Assembly (NCBI RefSeq): GCF_006345805.1
Contig: NC_043000.1
Location: 3,472,001-3,536,000, forward strand
Direction of reading: 5' to 3'
Origin: Octopus sinensis
Lineage: Eukaryota
DNA: 64,000 nucleotides
A program made the position numbers and the translations under genes. Under the pieces are notes generated by a model. It did not search any database. It saw nothing but the letters and a program-made list of their open reading frames with translations, and was not told the DNA's origin. This document shows positions 14,034 through 27,565 of the stretch, one piece after another. Position 1 is the first letter of the stretch, and every line of letters begins with the position of its first letter.

Positions 14034-15063
14034 ATAACAATAATAATAGCTAGCAGGACCTGTGAATATTTCACGGAATTAATGGTAAACCTATCTCGTT
14101 ATGTTTGAAAACTTTGTCCAAAAAACCTGAAAGCATAGCCTGTGTTGTGTCTGTATGGAAAGATAGTCACTCATCTGCTACTCATTGAAAAGTGGAATAA
14201 ATTGGAATACGGTGAATACTTAATGCACTTTATATATACACTTTATATACTTTATGCCCAATTTTATAGATTTAATACACAGACTCATATTTTTCCATTT
14301 TTCTCATAAACAAAAAAGAAATGTCCCATATATATATGATACAACTTTTAGTTAAATTGCATATATCTTCCATGTAAATGAACATGAATATTTCATGGAA
14401 TTGCAATTATGCATATACGTTAAGTGTGAGATGATATAAAAAAAACTAAGCTCAATTAAATAAAAATACACTTTTCATTATCCACTCACCACCACCACCA
14501 CCATCTCTCTCTCCTCTTTCTCCCCTCTCACCCCTCTCCCTTTCTTCAAACTCACCATCAGAACATCACCCCTCTGCTAAAATTATATTCTTAACTCTCT
14601 TCCTCTACATTCAACTAACTTTTTCAACCACGTAATAAATATTACATTCCCTCTAACTCACATCATGGATGCTTGTCTCTCTCTCTTTCTGTCTCACTTT
14701 TTACCTTATCTTTTTTTTTTCTCTCCTTTTTCTTTCTCCTAATCATGTGAAAGTGTTACAATTACATTCCCTCTACCTCACATCATGGACACTTCTCTCT
14801 TGCTCTTTCTCTCTCTCTCTCTCTCTTTTCTTTCTCCCTCTTTTCCTCTAATGACATGAAAGCATTACCGACAGGCTAAGTAACATAATGACAAGCAGAA
14901 TTATTATAAGATAAGCTTGTGAATACTTAAGGTTACAAATAGTAACCAGCTACCCACCTAAATTCACCCAGGAATAAGAATGAACCCAAGTCAAATCACC
15001 AATATAATGATAATCCTTTCTATTATAAGCACAAGCCCTGCAATTTTAGAGGAGCGGTATAGT

Positions 15064-15106
<43 letters not shown>

Positions 15107-15141
15107 TAATAATAATAATAATAATAATAATAATATTATAA

Positions 15142-15379
15142 TAAGGTGCATTAGGCATGATAAAAAAATATTCAGACAAATACATAACAAAAACACCAGG
15201 ACTTACAAACACATATAACATACAGAAAATTGCACTACTAGGCACTGCACACATCCTACGCAGAACACTTTCCATACAATAACCATCAGAGCATCACAAC
15301 AAATCACAGCACATACCCAAGGCACACAGAACTGCGCTCGGTAGTGAAGTGAAAGCACGCTATAAAAATAAAACTACTG
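15142..15379 (+). mobile_element. 5'-truncated young Dong/R4-like LINE 3' end in (AAT)n
   Basis: GALGMIKKYSDKY...LGTAHILRRTLSIQ*; flanked by (AAT)n. Confidence 0.85.
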
Positions 15380-15399
15380 AATAATAATAATAATAATAA

Positions 15400-15948
15400 A
15401 TGTCCTGATGTAGTACCAAGCAGTGGTTCTCATGACTTCTGATTTTAACTGATTGGAAGTGTTATCATGTACATGTTTTTGTCTTGGTATAAAAGATGGG
15501 CTACAGCAAATATTCTGCTCAATATCACAGATTTGCTTGACCTTAAACCAGATGAGCATGTCCCTCAGTGACTGACAATATGTTAATCTCTGATCATGAA
15601 CAGGAGTAGTGGGGGAGCATCATAGGCATGTGCTGAAAGGAATTCTTTGGGGTTTGAATAATTCACCTCTGGAAACATGGGTGTGTCATTCATCATCCTT
15701 AAACAAACCTTATTCAAGGACCTTTTGAGCAGGATGGGCTACTCAACCCGAAGAGAATTGTAACTGAGCCCCAACTGCAAGGTCATGTGCGGTTTATCTT
15801 AATATGAGATCACCATGTTGCCCACATGTAGTTGTGATGTATGTGCCCGGTGTAACTTTATCCGATGAGTAGTCATGATGGGTATATTGGGCTTCGTATA
15901 TTTGTACCCCAGTGTTACATTGATTGCATGCATTGCTCTCTCTCACTC
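15400..15948 (+). mobile_element. ~500-bp (AAT)n-tailed retroelement 3' end
   Basis: Four related copies (also 24258, 24796, 26433) with variable 5' truncation and a common 3' end (ctctctcactc in three) followed by (AAT)n. Confidence 0.75.
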
Positions 15949-16641
15949 AATAATAATAGTGATTAATGATTTGTAATATATATACAGGGCCAGAAATTTG
16001 GAGAAAGTAAGCAGTCTATTATATTGACCCCAGAGCTTGTCTGGTACCCAAATTTGATCTCAGAATCTCAAGTGGCATAACTAAATAAAATATGAATTGT
16101 GTGTGAGTGTGTATACATATCAGACATAATATAGATGAGGAGCATGAAAATATGGGACAGCTACTCGATTAAGATAGAGCACCGTAAAAATTCCAACCAC
16201 TTTCCAGTTTTCAATCCGAGTGTGATTGGGTCCTTTCCAAAGCAAGCAAAACTTACTGTGCCCACTCATCTTCCATAGATTTTATTGGAAAACTGCAGTA
16301 ATTCTCTCTACTACCTTCCGTTTCAAACAGTACTTGAATAATTTGGTCAGAGTAAAAATTGCTTCCCTCTGCTTTTTCATCCCCATCTTCCGTATGACTT
16401 ATTTTTAATAGAACCACTTAATGAACAAACATTGTCTGGTTTTGAGACACATCTTCAAAATGGATATGGCTCATAGCAAGATCCCTATTATATTTAATAG
16501 TAGCCAATAGGCATTTGTGGCCTTCATTAATCTATATAAATTGCAAGAGTGGACAATCCAACAACTTCAGCTGAAAGCTTTGAATTATTATTATTCTGAT
16601 AAACGTGAGTATATGGCCTTTTATCTAACCTTCAATTACCC

Positions 16642-16679
<38 letters not shown>

Positions 16680-16749
16680 ATTATTATTATATTATTATTA
16701 TTATTATTATTAATTATTATTAATTATAATAATAATAATAATAATAATA

Positions 16750-17730
16750 ATGGTTTTAAATTTTGGCACAAAGCCAGCAATTTCAGTGAAGGAGGTAAGG
16801 TGACCCCCAAGTATTTAATCAGTACTTATTTCATTGACCCTGAAAGGATGAAAGACAAAGTCAACCTCAGCAGAATTTGAACTCCAACATAAAACTGGAA
16901 GAAATACAGAGAAGCATTTGATCTGACATGCAAATAATCCTGATAGCTTGCTACCTTAATAAATAATAATAATAACAATCCTTTCTACTATAGGTATAAG
17001 GCCTGAAATTTAGGGGGAGGGTACTAGTCAATTACATCAACCCCCCATCCCCCACCCCATTCCACTGGTACTAAATTTATTGACCCTAAAAGGATGAAAG
17101 GCAAAGTTGACCTTGGTGGAATTTGAACTGAGAACATGAAGATGGATGAAATACCATTAAGCATTTCACTCAGCGTGCCAACAATTCTGCCAGCTCACCA
17201 CCTTAATAATAATAATAACGATCCTTTCTACTATAGGCACAAGGCCTGAAATTTGGTGGGAAGGGGACTAGTCAATTACACCAACCCCCAGTGTTTCACT
17301 GGTACTTAATTTATTGATGCCAAAAAAGATGAAAGGCAAAGTCAACCTTGGCAGCATTTGAACTCAGAATGTGAAGACGGACGAAACACCGCTACATATT
17401 TCACCCGGCTTGTTAACGATTCTGCCAGCTCACCGCCTAAATAATAATAATATAACAACAATAATAATAACAATAGTAACAACAACAACAGCAACACTAA
17501 TGATAATAATGATAATAATAAAAATGATGGAATTTAATTTAGCTATAAGAGTAGCAGTTGTTGAGGGAAGAAGTTTAGCTAAGTACATTGGTCTCTGAAC
17601 TTTATCATATCAACTCTGGAAGGATGAAAGGCAAAGTTGACCTCAACAGGATATTAATTCTCAATGTAAAGAGAAGGAATGAATTCAGCATGGTTGTTTT
17701 GTCTGATACTTTAACAATTCTGCCAGTTTA
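16750..17730 (-). mobile_element. Head-to-tail cluster of 4 SINE-A copies
   Basis: Repeated consensus units separated by (AAT)n. Confidence 0.88.
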
Positions 17731-18123
17731 ATTATAACAACAGATATGGCTGCTTTACTACCCTGAATAATATCAATTAACATCGATAAAATAACAATGG
17801 AAAGAGTTGAAAACAAATAATGAAAATGTTCAAGGATACCTGTGAGTAACTGATTATTAACTTATTAGTGGTGTTTTATTGCTTTTTCACTTGTAAATTA
17901 ATGTGTTGTAAACTTTCGTACTAATAACTAATTAGTCACCATGTGTAAACACACTATTAAATAATCACCACACAAATTCAGCCCGACTCCAAAGTGACAA
18001 AGAATACAAATGAAAACCATATCATTCAGTCCGAAATTAACAGAGGAAAGCATATTTTGGATTTGGTGCATAAGAAGCATGAAAAAGAGTAGGATGTGTA
18101 AAGTCCTACTTTGCCAGAAATGA

Positions 18124-18352
18124 TTAACCCTTTTGTTACCAACGCAACTGAAACCGGCTCTGGCTCTGAGTACAAATGTCTTGTTTTCATAAGTTTTGAA
18201 TTAAAATCTTCCACCAAACCTTAGTCACAATTTATGTTCCTAACACTAGCTTAAAGATGACTAAGTTATTTTACTAAATTCTTTGTTATATTTAAAATTA
18301 ATATAAAGAAACACTGAGCATCTCAAAATAAATACAGTAAGAGAAGGGTTAA
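18124..18352. mobile_element. piggyBac-type MITE, family 1 (TTAA-CCCTT termini)
   Basis: TTAA on both sides, CCCTT/AAGGG TIRs; inverted second copy at 51860-52088 and partial copy near 37209. Confidence 0.85.
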
Positions 18353-20351
18353 GCCAATACCTGATGACAGTTTTTGAGATAATGAGCCAGACTTTTCTCA
18401 AACCACACAAATAAAACAAAAAAAAAAAAAATAATTGTATACAAGAGGGATGCATTTGCATTCTACATAAATATTTTACAGTATTGCCACAATGTCGTCA
18501 TTTTTGCATTTGTTTTTACATGCTAGCATAAGTTGGATAAATGTTTTTGAGGCAGTGTTTTATGATTGGATGTTCTTTATGATGCCAATACTTTTAGTTT
18601 TCTCCCATCACATGCAGGGATATAGTGTGTCTATTCTAAAACAACTGGAATATACATTTATGTAAAATATCTACAAAGAAAATAACCCTGATCTAAATCT
18701 GATTTTGGATTTGAACATACTGACTGATTTAAGAAGATATCAGATACAGAAATCAAACATTTAAAAGAAAGCATGTATAGCAAGAAAAATTTTTTTAAAG
18801 ATAAAAAAAAATCAATGAAAATGCAAACAACAAAAATAAATATTAAACCTATAAATGTTGAGAAAAGCCTAGCTCAAGCCCCCAAAAATGAACAAAATAA
18901 GTACAAAATCAAACCCTAGCATATCTACAGTATACTGATCAATGAGGGTTAAACAAGAATTACACAGACAAAAATATGAAGAAAAATCAAAAGGAGAAAG
19001 ATTTAAAAATAGAAAATTCTAAACATGGAAATTTTGAAAATGACAAGAATGTAAAGGTAGAAATAGTTGAAGAATTAAAATCAATAGATCTTCCTGTAAA
19101 ATCTATACAACAGCCACAGAGACATAAAGAAAAGATGGTACTCTCTCAAAACAATTCGTATGAGGATATCTAAACCCAAGTAAACAACATAGAAAACAAA
19201 CATACAAAGAAATGTAGAAAATAAAATATCTCTCAGTCCTTAATGAAATCAACAATGGAAAGACAGGAATAGAGACAAATACTACAGAAATACAATACAA
19301 GAAAAAATTTTTTAAATGTATCTAGAATCAAAGACTGATTAAAATCTCTAAACTGCAAAGAGTCTGTTACTTTGAAAACAACAATGATTCTTTGGACAAA
19401 ACAAACAGTTTGGTTCCATCCCCAAAAGATTTTATCGAGAACAAAGTAAAACCAAACCATAAATCAATGCAGTGCCAACAGCAACAGAGGTAGAGTAATT
19501 TGGAGAAGGTATATGGACAACAAATTGATTGCCAATGGCAAGAATATGAAAAAACAATAACAAGAGTAGCACCTGAAGAAATGTGGAAAGCCATACAATA
19601 AACAACAACAACAACAGCAACAAGTAGCTCAGATATTACAAGACATGAACTGCTGGAAGGCATCAGGAAGCGATAAAGTTCCAGACTTCTGGTTGAAATA
19701 TTTAACAGACATATACACAATGAGCTGGCAAAAATATACAATGATCAATAGAAAGAGTTAGAAACAATATCAGAACGGCTGACTGAAGGTGGTGGTGGTG
19801 GTGTTGGTGATGGTGGTGGTGGTGATGGTGGTGGGGGTGATGGTGGTGGTGGTGGTGGGGAAATGGGCCCCATTCAAAGAAACAGTAGATCTAAAATACT
19901 ACATAACTTGCCTGCCTACGGTTTTCAAAGCATAAATGGCAATATCATAGAGAATAAATAATCAAATTTAACAAAAAAACAAAAGAATCTTTACTTCCAG
20001 AAGAACAAAGGGGATTAAAGGGTCCATATGATTGTAAAGATAAATTATCGATCAGTAAAACCATAACTGGGACAGTGGAAAGAGAGATGTGTGATCACGA
20101 CATGGATAGATTATCAGAAGATATTTAATAGCATTCCCCACCTGCGCATCCTGGAAAATATTAGTCATATGTGAAGTAGCACTAGTAACAAACAAGCACA
20201 TCAAACTTGTCATGAATAAATAGGAAACAATTCAGTAGATACAAGTAAAAGAGGGAATTATAGAAATATGAAACCCATCCACGTTAAAAGAGAAATAGTT
20301 CAAGAAGTCTTTCTCTCTCCACCTCCTTTTCTTTTCCGACTAGTATCAACG

Positions 20352-20764
20352 TCTTTACTCTTTTACTTGTTTCAGTCATTTGACTGCGGCCATGCTGAAG
20401 CATCGCCTTTAATTGAGCAACTCGACCCTGGAACTTATTCTTTTGTAAGCGCAGTACTTATTCTATCGGTCTCTTTTGCCGAACCGCTAAGTGACGGGGA
20501 CATAAACACACCAGCATCGGTTGTCAAGCAATGCTAGAGGGGACAAACACAGACACACAAACACACACACGCATACATATATATATATATATACATATAT
20601 ACGACGGGCTTCTTTCAGTTTCCGTCTACCAAATCCACTCACAAGGCTTTGGTCGGCCCGAGGCTATAGTAGAAGACACTTGCCCAAGGTGCCACGCAGT
20701 GGGACTGAACCCGGAACCATGTGGTTGGTAGACAGGCTACTTACCACACAGCCACTCCTGCGCC
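20352..20764 (-). mobile_element. tRNA-derived SINE-B (~410 bp, internal (TA)n(TG)n, AAAAGAGT tail)
   Basis: Minus strand: gcaggagtggctgtgtggtaag ... ggttccgggttcagtccc ... cttgggcaagtgtcttctactatagcc ... gtaaaagagtaaaga; inserted in the LINE RT domain. Confidence 0.92.
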
Positions 20765-21864
20765 TACAAACCAGATTGGACTCCAGTATAAATTCTATAG
20801 GAGGACATCCGTCATGTGAAAGACCTTGTGTTATATACAGTGCAGATGATGAAACTGACAAGAATTAATGAACTAGACAAAATACAACACACAACACATA
20901 CAATTGAAAGAAGAAATATTAAAGACACATTAGAATAATGCTTAAATCAAAGCTAATTTCCACAAATAAAGTAATAAGTATCAATTCTCTAGCTGTTCCA
21001 GTAATAACTTGTAGTTATAATGTTCTCAGCTGGAAGCCAAGTGAATTAGTAAGACTTGACAGGAAAATAAGAAATATAATGCTGCCAATACAGGAATATT
21101 ACATCAACCACAAAATACAGGGATGAGGAAATCTACTACAACTAGAAAGTTATAAACTATTTACTGTAGGATGACAAAAATATCTAGTTAAGAATAATGG
21201 AGAACAAATAGCTATAGCTACAAAACATGAACAAAGCAAAAAACTGTTTTCTGTCTTCAAGGAAACCAGCAAAGATAACAGAATATAACAGAAGACGAAG
21301 TAACATGTGATGAAAATGGAGAAGCAAAAAGCTGACTTTTAAGAAGTTAAGAGAAAAACCAAAAGAAAAAAAGAAAGAAAAAAACCTGACAATTTTATGA
21401 TAAGATATTGGCAAGAAAAGTGTCTTCATGGCCAATACCTGACTAGACTGAATTAAGCAGAAGTAAACAAAAGAAAAATTCAACATGGACTGTGAAGTGC
21501 AGGACTCAAAGTTGAGAGTGAAAGATTTTTTTTCTTTTTATTGTGACACAAGAACAAAGCCTTCCCACCTGAAATTAATAAAAACATATAATGAACCAGA
21601 ATATAAAAGTAACTGTAGAATATGTAGAGGTCATAAAGAAACAATCAATCATTGTTTTTGGCTTCCTGGTCTTAGCCAAAAGGGAATACTCAAACATACA
21701 CATGTGTGTATGCGTGTATGCATATGTGCATGAAAAGTTGCAGCCTTTATACAATGGAAATTTTGCCAGCACTAATTAATACTTGCAAGCCAATGAATCT
21801 TCTACATGTTTGTGTGACCTGCTAGAAATAGTAGCCAAATAACCCACAAATCACCTTGTAAATC

Positions 21865-22445
21865 ATCAGTTTGGAACCCTATCTTGCTCAGAACATTGAC
21901 CTCTTGGAATCTGTTCAGAGACGTGCAACCAAATGCATACCCTCCATCAGACACCTACCATACTCTGAGCGCCTTGTTTCCCTGGGCATGGATTCACTGA
22001 AGCTCCGGCATCTGGTGATGGACTTGGTAAACACCCACAAAGTTATCAACCACCTCACCAACAACAACACTGAACACCATTTGATCTCCACGTGTCCAAC
22101 ACACGTGGACATGCCTACAAAGTCAGAAAACAGCACAGCTCCCATGACTTTCGGAAACATTTTTTCACGCTCAGAGTTGCTGAAGCATGGAACAAACTGC
22201 CTGCATCAGTTGTTGACTGCCATGACACTGCAACCTTTAAGGCCCTCATGCTTTCCGAAATCCGCCGAAACTACACCTGATTGTCCCCCCTTCCATACTC
22301 ATACACATATGTGTATGTCATGACTCATGCACTGTTCCTTTCCTGACGCTTGTACATTACCCTATGTACTATACATATACTTTAGATGAGTTGTAGTGCA
22401 CCTGAGCATTGTACACAATGTTTTATTATTATTATTTATTTATTT
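21865..22445 (+). mobile_element. CR1/L2-type LINE 3' end
   Basis: LLESVQRRATKCIP...SNTRGHAYK...FFTLRVAEAWNKLPASVV; short 3' UTR with (ATT/ATTT)n tail. Confidence 0.9.
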
Positions 22446-23689
22446 AAAGTCTTAAAAGGGAAAAAAGAAACATGTTAGATACCTTTAAAAAGACAGGATG
22501 GTTACAATGGGAATGCCTCAGATAATTGGTCAGCATTACAATTTACTAGGGGGTTACACAATAACAGCCCACACAAAAAAATATGATAGAAATGTACACC
22601 ACAAAAGGTCTCAAACTGATCATACTCTGGGATAAGTCTATTCATAAAGACAAGAAGTTAAAGGAAAATTGCCAGTTATTCTCAAAAAACATCCTTTAAA
22701 TCTTTAAACTGGGATGCCAACTATAATGGCTGATAGTATATCTCAAGACAAAATGGAGAAAATGGTCAAATCTAAAAGCCTAGAGATAGAAGTAACCAGT
22801 TTGTAAGCCTTGAAAGATTAAACAATCTTTATAGGTGCCTTGATAACGATATAAAAGCATGGAAGTGTATAACCAAAGTACAACCAGGACTTACACAAAC
22901 AGATATTTCATAGAAAAACATAGCACAATTTAGGCACTGCTCATATTATGTAAAGTACTTTAGGTTCAACTAACACCTGGAACTCCATGAATGTTCCCAA
23001 CCAGTTTTGTTGGGGATGATGAATTTAAGTCCTATGGCTCTATACAGCTCCACATTCAAATGACACTTAACTCCAGTCTCACAGCTTATTTGAAATGCAA
23101 ACACCACTCAACAAAATAACACAACCAACACTGCTTATACTGTACACAATAGATGAAACAATGAAATAACACCAGAAACAACAAATTAAACCTCACAACA
23201 ATGAAAAACTTACATAGTAAAGACACTCATTTCTACATTTCCAAAGGACAAAAAAAATATTGCACACCTCAGAAACATAGCAGTGCATCAGAAGTTAGCA
23301 TAAAGCTATTGGAAATAACAACAAAAGCAGTTGCAGTAGTAGTAAAAAAAAAGCAACTTGAATGGAAGAATTGAAGAAGAATTAACAAACAAGAAAATAC
23401 CAAAAGTCAAGAAAGCTAATGTTTAAAAGTGTCTTTAACAATAAAAAATAACTACTGATTAGAAAAATGTTGGAATCAAACTTGTGTCTGGAGTATTTGT
23501 CATGCACACACGAGGCTGTTGCAAAGAGTCTTGGCAATCTTCTTGCAAGAACAGCCATAAATAATAGTTGAATATTACGCCTAAAATATCAAATACTGAC
23601 AACTCACTAGTTAATGAAGTGATAGATATACCAAGTCTGAAAAAATGATTTTATTATCATAGCTGGAAAGACTATGATAATGCTAGTTC

Positions 23690-23960
23690 AAGGCTGACCT
23701 GGGGCTAAACCAATTTACAGCAGAATGTTTCTTTAGCTCCTTTGTTTCCATGCCTTTATTGCCCATCCATCTCTTGATCATTCCTCTTATGATCTCACTG
23801 TGTTTTGCTGATAGTGTGGCTAAGGGTGGCAGCAGATATCTTCTATTTATCACACAATGGACTCTCACACCGATGCTTTTATCTTCTGTTTGACATAGAT
23901 TGCACTTTTTACCCTTGCCTATTGCCCATCTCTCAATCACTCTCCTGGGTTACCACTGTA
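23690..23960 (-). mobile_element. RLE-type LINE zinc-knuckle fragment
   Basis: KCNLCQTEDKSI...HC...RRYL...KHSEII resembles a CCHC/RH motif. Confidence 0.45.
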
Positions 23961-24196
23961 CTATGTACCTAATGTAAAACAAGATAGAAAAGATATCTTC
24001 TGTTCACTGCTTCCAATGTTACGAAGAGTCTAGGACATTTACCCCGCCGTATGGATAATAACCCACAACCCCACCTCCACCCAGGATAACAGATGAAGTT
24101 TTAAAACTTCTTAAATTTGAACTCAGAATGTAAAGACGAACAAAATGTCACTAAGCATTTTGCCCAGCATGCTAACAATTCTACCAGCTCACCACC

Positions 24197-24247
<51 letters not shown>

Positions 24248-24257
24248 TAATAATAAT

Positions 24258-24753
24258 CATCATCATGTTCATTGTTTTGTCTTGGTATAAAAGATGGGCT
24301 ACAGCAAATATTCTGCTCAATACCACAGATTTGCTTGTCAGTTGTTTGACCATAACCAGTTGAGCATGTCTCTTAGTGGCTGACCATATGTGCATCTCTG
24401 ATCACGAGCAGAAGTAGTGGGGGAGCATCATAGCCATGTGTTGAGAGGGATTCTTTGGGATTTGGATAATTCACCTCTCGAAACATGGGGGTTTCGTTCA
24501 ACATCCTTAAACAATCCTTACTCAGGGACCTTTTGAGCGGGATGGGCTACTCGACCAGAAGAAAATTCTAACAGGGCCCCACCTGCAAGGTCATGTGCTG
24601 TTTATCCTGATATGAGATCACTATGTCGCGCACATATGGTTGTGATGCATGTGCCTAGTGTACCCTTATCAGACGGGTAGTCATGATGGGTATACTGGGC
24701 TTCGTATATTTTACCCCAGTGTCACTTTGATGGCATGCACTGCTCTCTCACTC

Positions 24754-24797
<44 letters not shown>

Positions 24798-25278
24798 TGT
24801 TTTGATTTGGTATAAAAGATGGGCTACAGCAAATATTCTGCTCAATACCACAGATTTGCTTGTCAGTTGTTTGACCATAACCAGTTGAGCATGTCCCTTA
24901 GTGGCTGACCACATGTGCATCTCAGATCATGAGCAGAAGTAGTGGGGGAGCATCATAGCCATGTGTTGAGAGGGATTCTTTGGGATTTGGATAATTCACC
25001 TCTCGAAACATGGGGGTTTCGTTCAACATCCTTAAACAATCCTTACTCAGGGACCTTTTGAGCGGGATGGGCTACTCGACCAGAAGAAAATTCTAACAGG
25101 GCCCCACCTGCAAGGTCATGTGCTGTTTATCCTGATATGAGATCACTATGTCGCGCACATATGGTTGTGATGCATGTGCCTAGTGTACCCTTATCAGACG
25201 GGTAGTCATGATGGGTATACTGGGCTTCGTATATTTTACCCCAGTGTCACTTTGATGGCATGCACTGCTCTCTCACTC
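24258..25278 (+). mobile_element. Two tandem copies of the (AAT)n-tailed ~500-bp retroelement
   Basis: 24258-24753 and 24796-25278, near-identical, separated by (AAT)n. Confidence 0.85.
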
Positions 25279-25322
<44 letters not shown>

Positions 25323-25327
25323 TAATA

Positions 25328-25891
25328 ATGGTTTCAAATTTTGCCACAAGGGCAGCAGTTTTGAGGGAGGGGATGAGTTGATTACATCGACCCCAGTATT
25401 CAACTGGTGCTTATTTTATTGATCCCCAAAAGGATGAAAGGTAAAGTTGACCTCGGTGGAATTTGAACACAGAACGTAGCGACGGGCAAAATACCACTAA
25501 GCATTTCATCCAGCGTGCTAACGATTCTGCCAGCTCAATTTATTAAAGCCCTCTCCAGACATTTATATACATGAAACAACATTAGCATACAATAAGACAT
25601 GAGTTGATGGCATTGTGAGCTTTGTGCTGTAAGGGGCAAAAAACACTGAAAAGAAAAGATAATAATAATAAATATAATAATAATGATCCTTTCGACTGAA
25701 AGCAAAAGGCCTGAAATTGTGGGGGAGGTGATAAGTCAGTTACATCGACCCCACTGGTACTTAATTTAATAACTCCAAAAGGATGAAAGACAAAGTTGAC
25801 TTCAGCAGAATTTGAACTCAGAATGTAGCGATGGGTGTAATACCACTAAGCATTTTGTTCAGTGTGCTAACGATTCTGCCAGCTCGCTGCC

Positions 25892-25924
<33 letters not shown>

Positions 25925-25926
25925 TG

Positions 25927-25961
<35 letters not shown>

Positions 25962-26102
25962 AATAATATAATAATGATAATATAATAATAATAATAATGA
26001 TAATAATAATAATAATGATATAATAATAATAATAATAATGATAATAATAATAATAATAATAATATAATAATAATAATAATAATAATAATGATAATAATAA
26101 TG

Positions 26103-26136
<34 letters not shown>

Positions 26137-26144
26137 TAATAATG

Positions 26145-26193
<49 letters not shown>

Positions 26194-26430
26194 TGATGAT
26201 GATAATAATAATAATAGTTTCAAATTCTGCCACAAGGGCAGCAATTTTAGGAGAAGGGATAAGTTGATTACATCAACCCCAGTGTCCAGCTGGTACTTAT
26301 TTTATTGACTCTGAAAGGATGAAAGGCAAAGTTGACCTTGGGAGAATCTGAACCCAGAACATAGCAACAGGTGAAATACTGCTAAGCATCTTGTCCAGTG
26401 TGCTAATGATTCTGCCAGCTCGCTGCCTCA
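25328..26430 (-). mobile_element. Three SINE-A copies (25328-25540, 25685-25892, 26215-26430)
   Basis: Consensus matches, each preceded on + by (AAT)n. Confidence 0.88.
25893..26216. repeat. Long interrupted (AAT)n microsatellite
   Basis: Seen directly. Confidence 0.97.
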
Positions 26431-26432
26431 AT

Positions 26433-26922
26433 AAGCAAATCTGTGGTACTGAGCAGAATATTTGATGGGTTACAGCAAATGTTCAGCTCAATACCACAGA
26501 TCTGCTTGTCAGTTGTTTGACCAAAACTAGTTGAGCATGTTCCTTAGTGGCTGACAATATGTGCATCTCTGATTATGAGCAGAAGTAGTGGGGGAGCATC
26601 ATAGTCATGTGTTGAGAGGAATTCTTTGGGGTTTGAATAATTTGTCTATGGAAGCATGGGTGTTGCATTCATCATTCTTAAAACAAACCTTATTCAGGGA
26701 CCTTTTGAGTAGGATGGGCTACTTGACCTGAAGAAAATTCGAACTGTGTCCCACCTGCAAGGTCATGCACTATTTATTTTGATATGAGATCACCATGTCA
26801 CGCACATATGGTAGTGATGCATGTGCCTAGTGTACCCTTATCAAATGGGTAGTCGTGATGGGTATATTGGGCTTCGTGTAATTGTACTCCAGTGTCACTT
26901 TGATGACATATGCTACTCTCTC
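26433..26922 (+). mobile_element. (AAT)n-tailed ~500-bp retroelement with 5' inverted duplication
   Basis: Same family as 24258; the first 31 nt are the reverse complement of its own 5' region. Confidence 0.8.
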
Positions 26923-27565
26923 AATAATAATAATAATAATAATAATTATTATTATTATTATTATTAATTTGAGATTGGTACATGGGTGTTGAGTATCTTC
27001 CACAGCACTTACCAAGCCTTATAATTCATGGAAAGAGACCCCGAGAGACCTTTGACAACAGGTTGCTGTCTGTTCTTACAGAATTAACCAGAGCAAGTAA
27101 GATTGAGATCTCTGAGAGGTAAAATACATAATAATGATAACGAAAATTTTCATAAGTGCAATGTCTCAAATTTGTGGGGATAGAACAGTCAATTATAGCA
27201 ATTTCAATACATAACTGGTACTTTATTTTATCAAGCCCCAAAAGAATGAAAGATAAAGTTGATGTCAGTGGATTTGAACTCAGAATGCAAAGGACTATAA
27301 CTAGACAGATTTGCTTCCTTTGAGATTGGAGTAAGATATTCGGTGCTCCAAAAAGTTTGAATTGAATAGAAAAATAAAAAGGACAGTGAGAAGCAGCAGC
27401 AGCAAGGAGCTAACACATTATTATGAAAATAAACTCTGAGCATTTATACTGAGAGTGCATAAAATAGTTGTCAAAATGTAAGACATTTATTCATTTACAC
27501 ATGCCAATTAGGAATTAGAATGTCAATTAGAAGGCAACAGAGAACATAGAGACAACTGTGTGCAA

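Larger units (their letters stand above)
18700..22990 (+). mobile_element. Long, heavily degraded R4/Dong-like LINE interrupted by a SINE and a CR1 piece
   Basis: WKASGSDKV.DFWLKYL, ITCLPT, D..K.F.SIPH, LSP, ADD and LHGQY remnants, zinc knuckle, LGTAHI end; many stops. Confidence 0.72.

Noticed and set aside
17995-18217. Repeated ORF MVEDFNSKLMKTRHLYSEPEPVS (also 51995)
   Set aside because: Chance ORF inside a piggyBac-type MITE.
20521-20868. Recurrent ORF with RRASFSFRLPNPLTRLWSARGYSRRHLPKVP (also 54881-55255, 29568-29912)
   Set aside because: Antisense translation of SINE-B, not a protein family.
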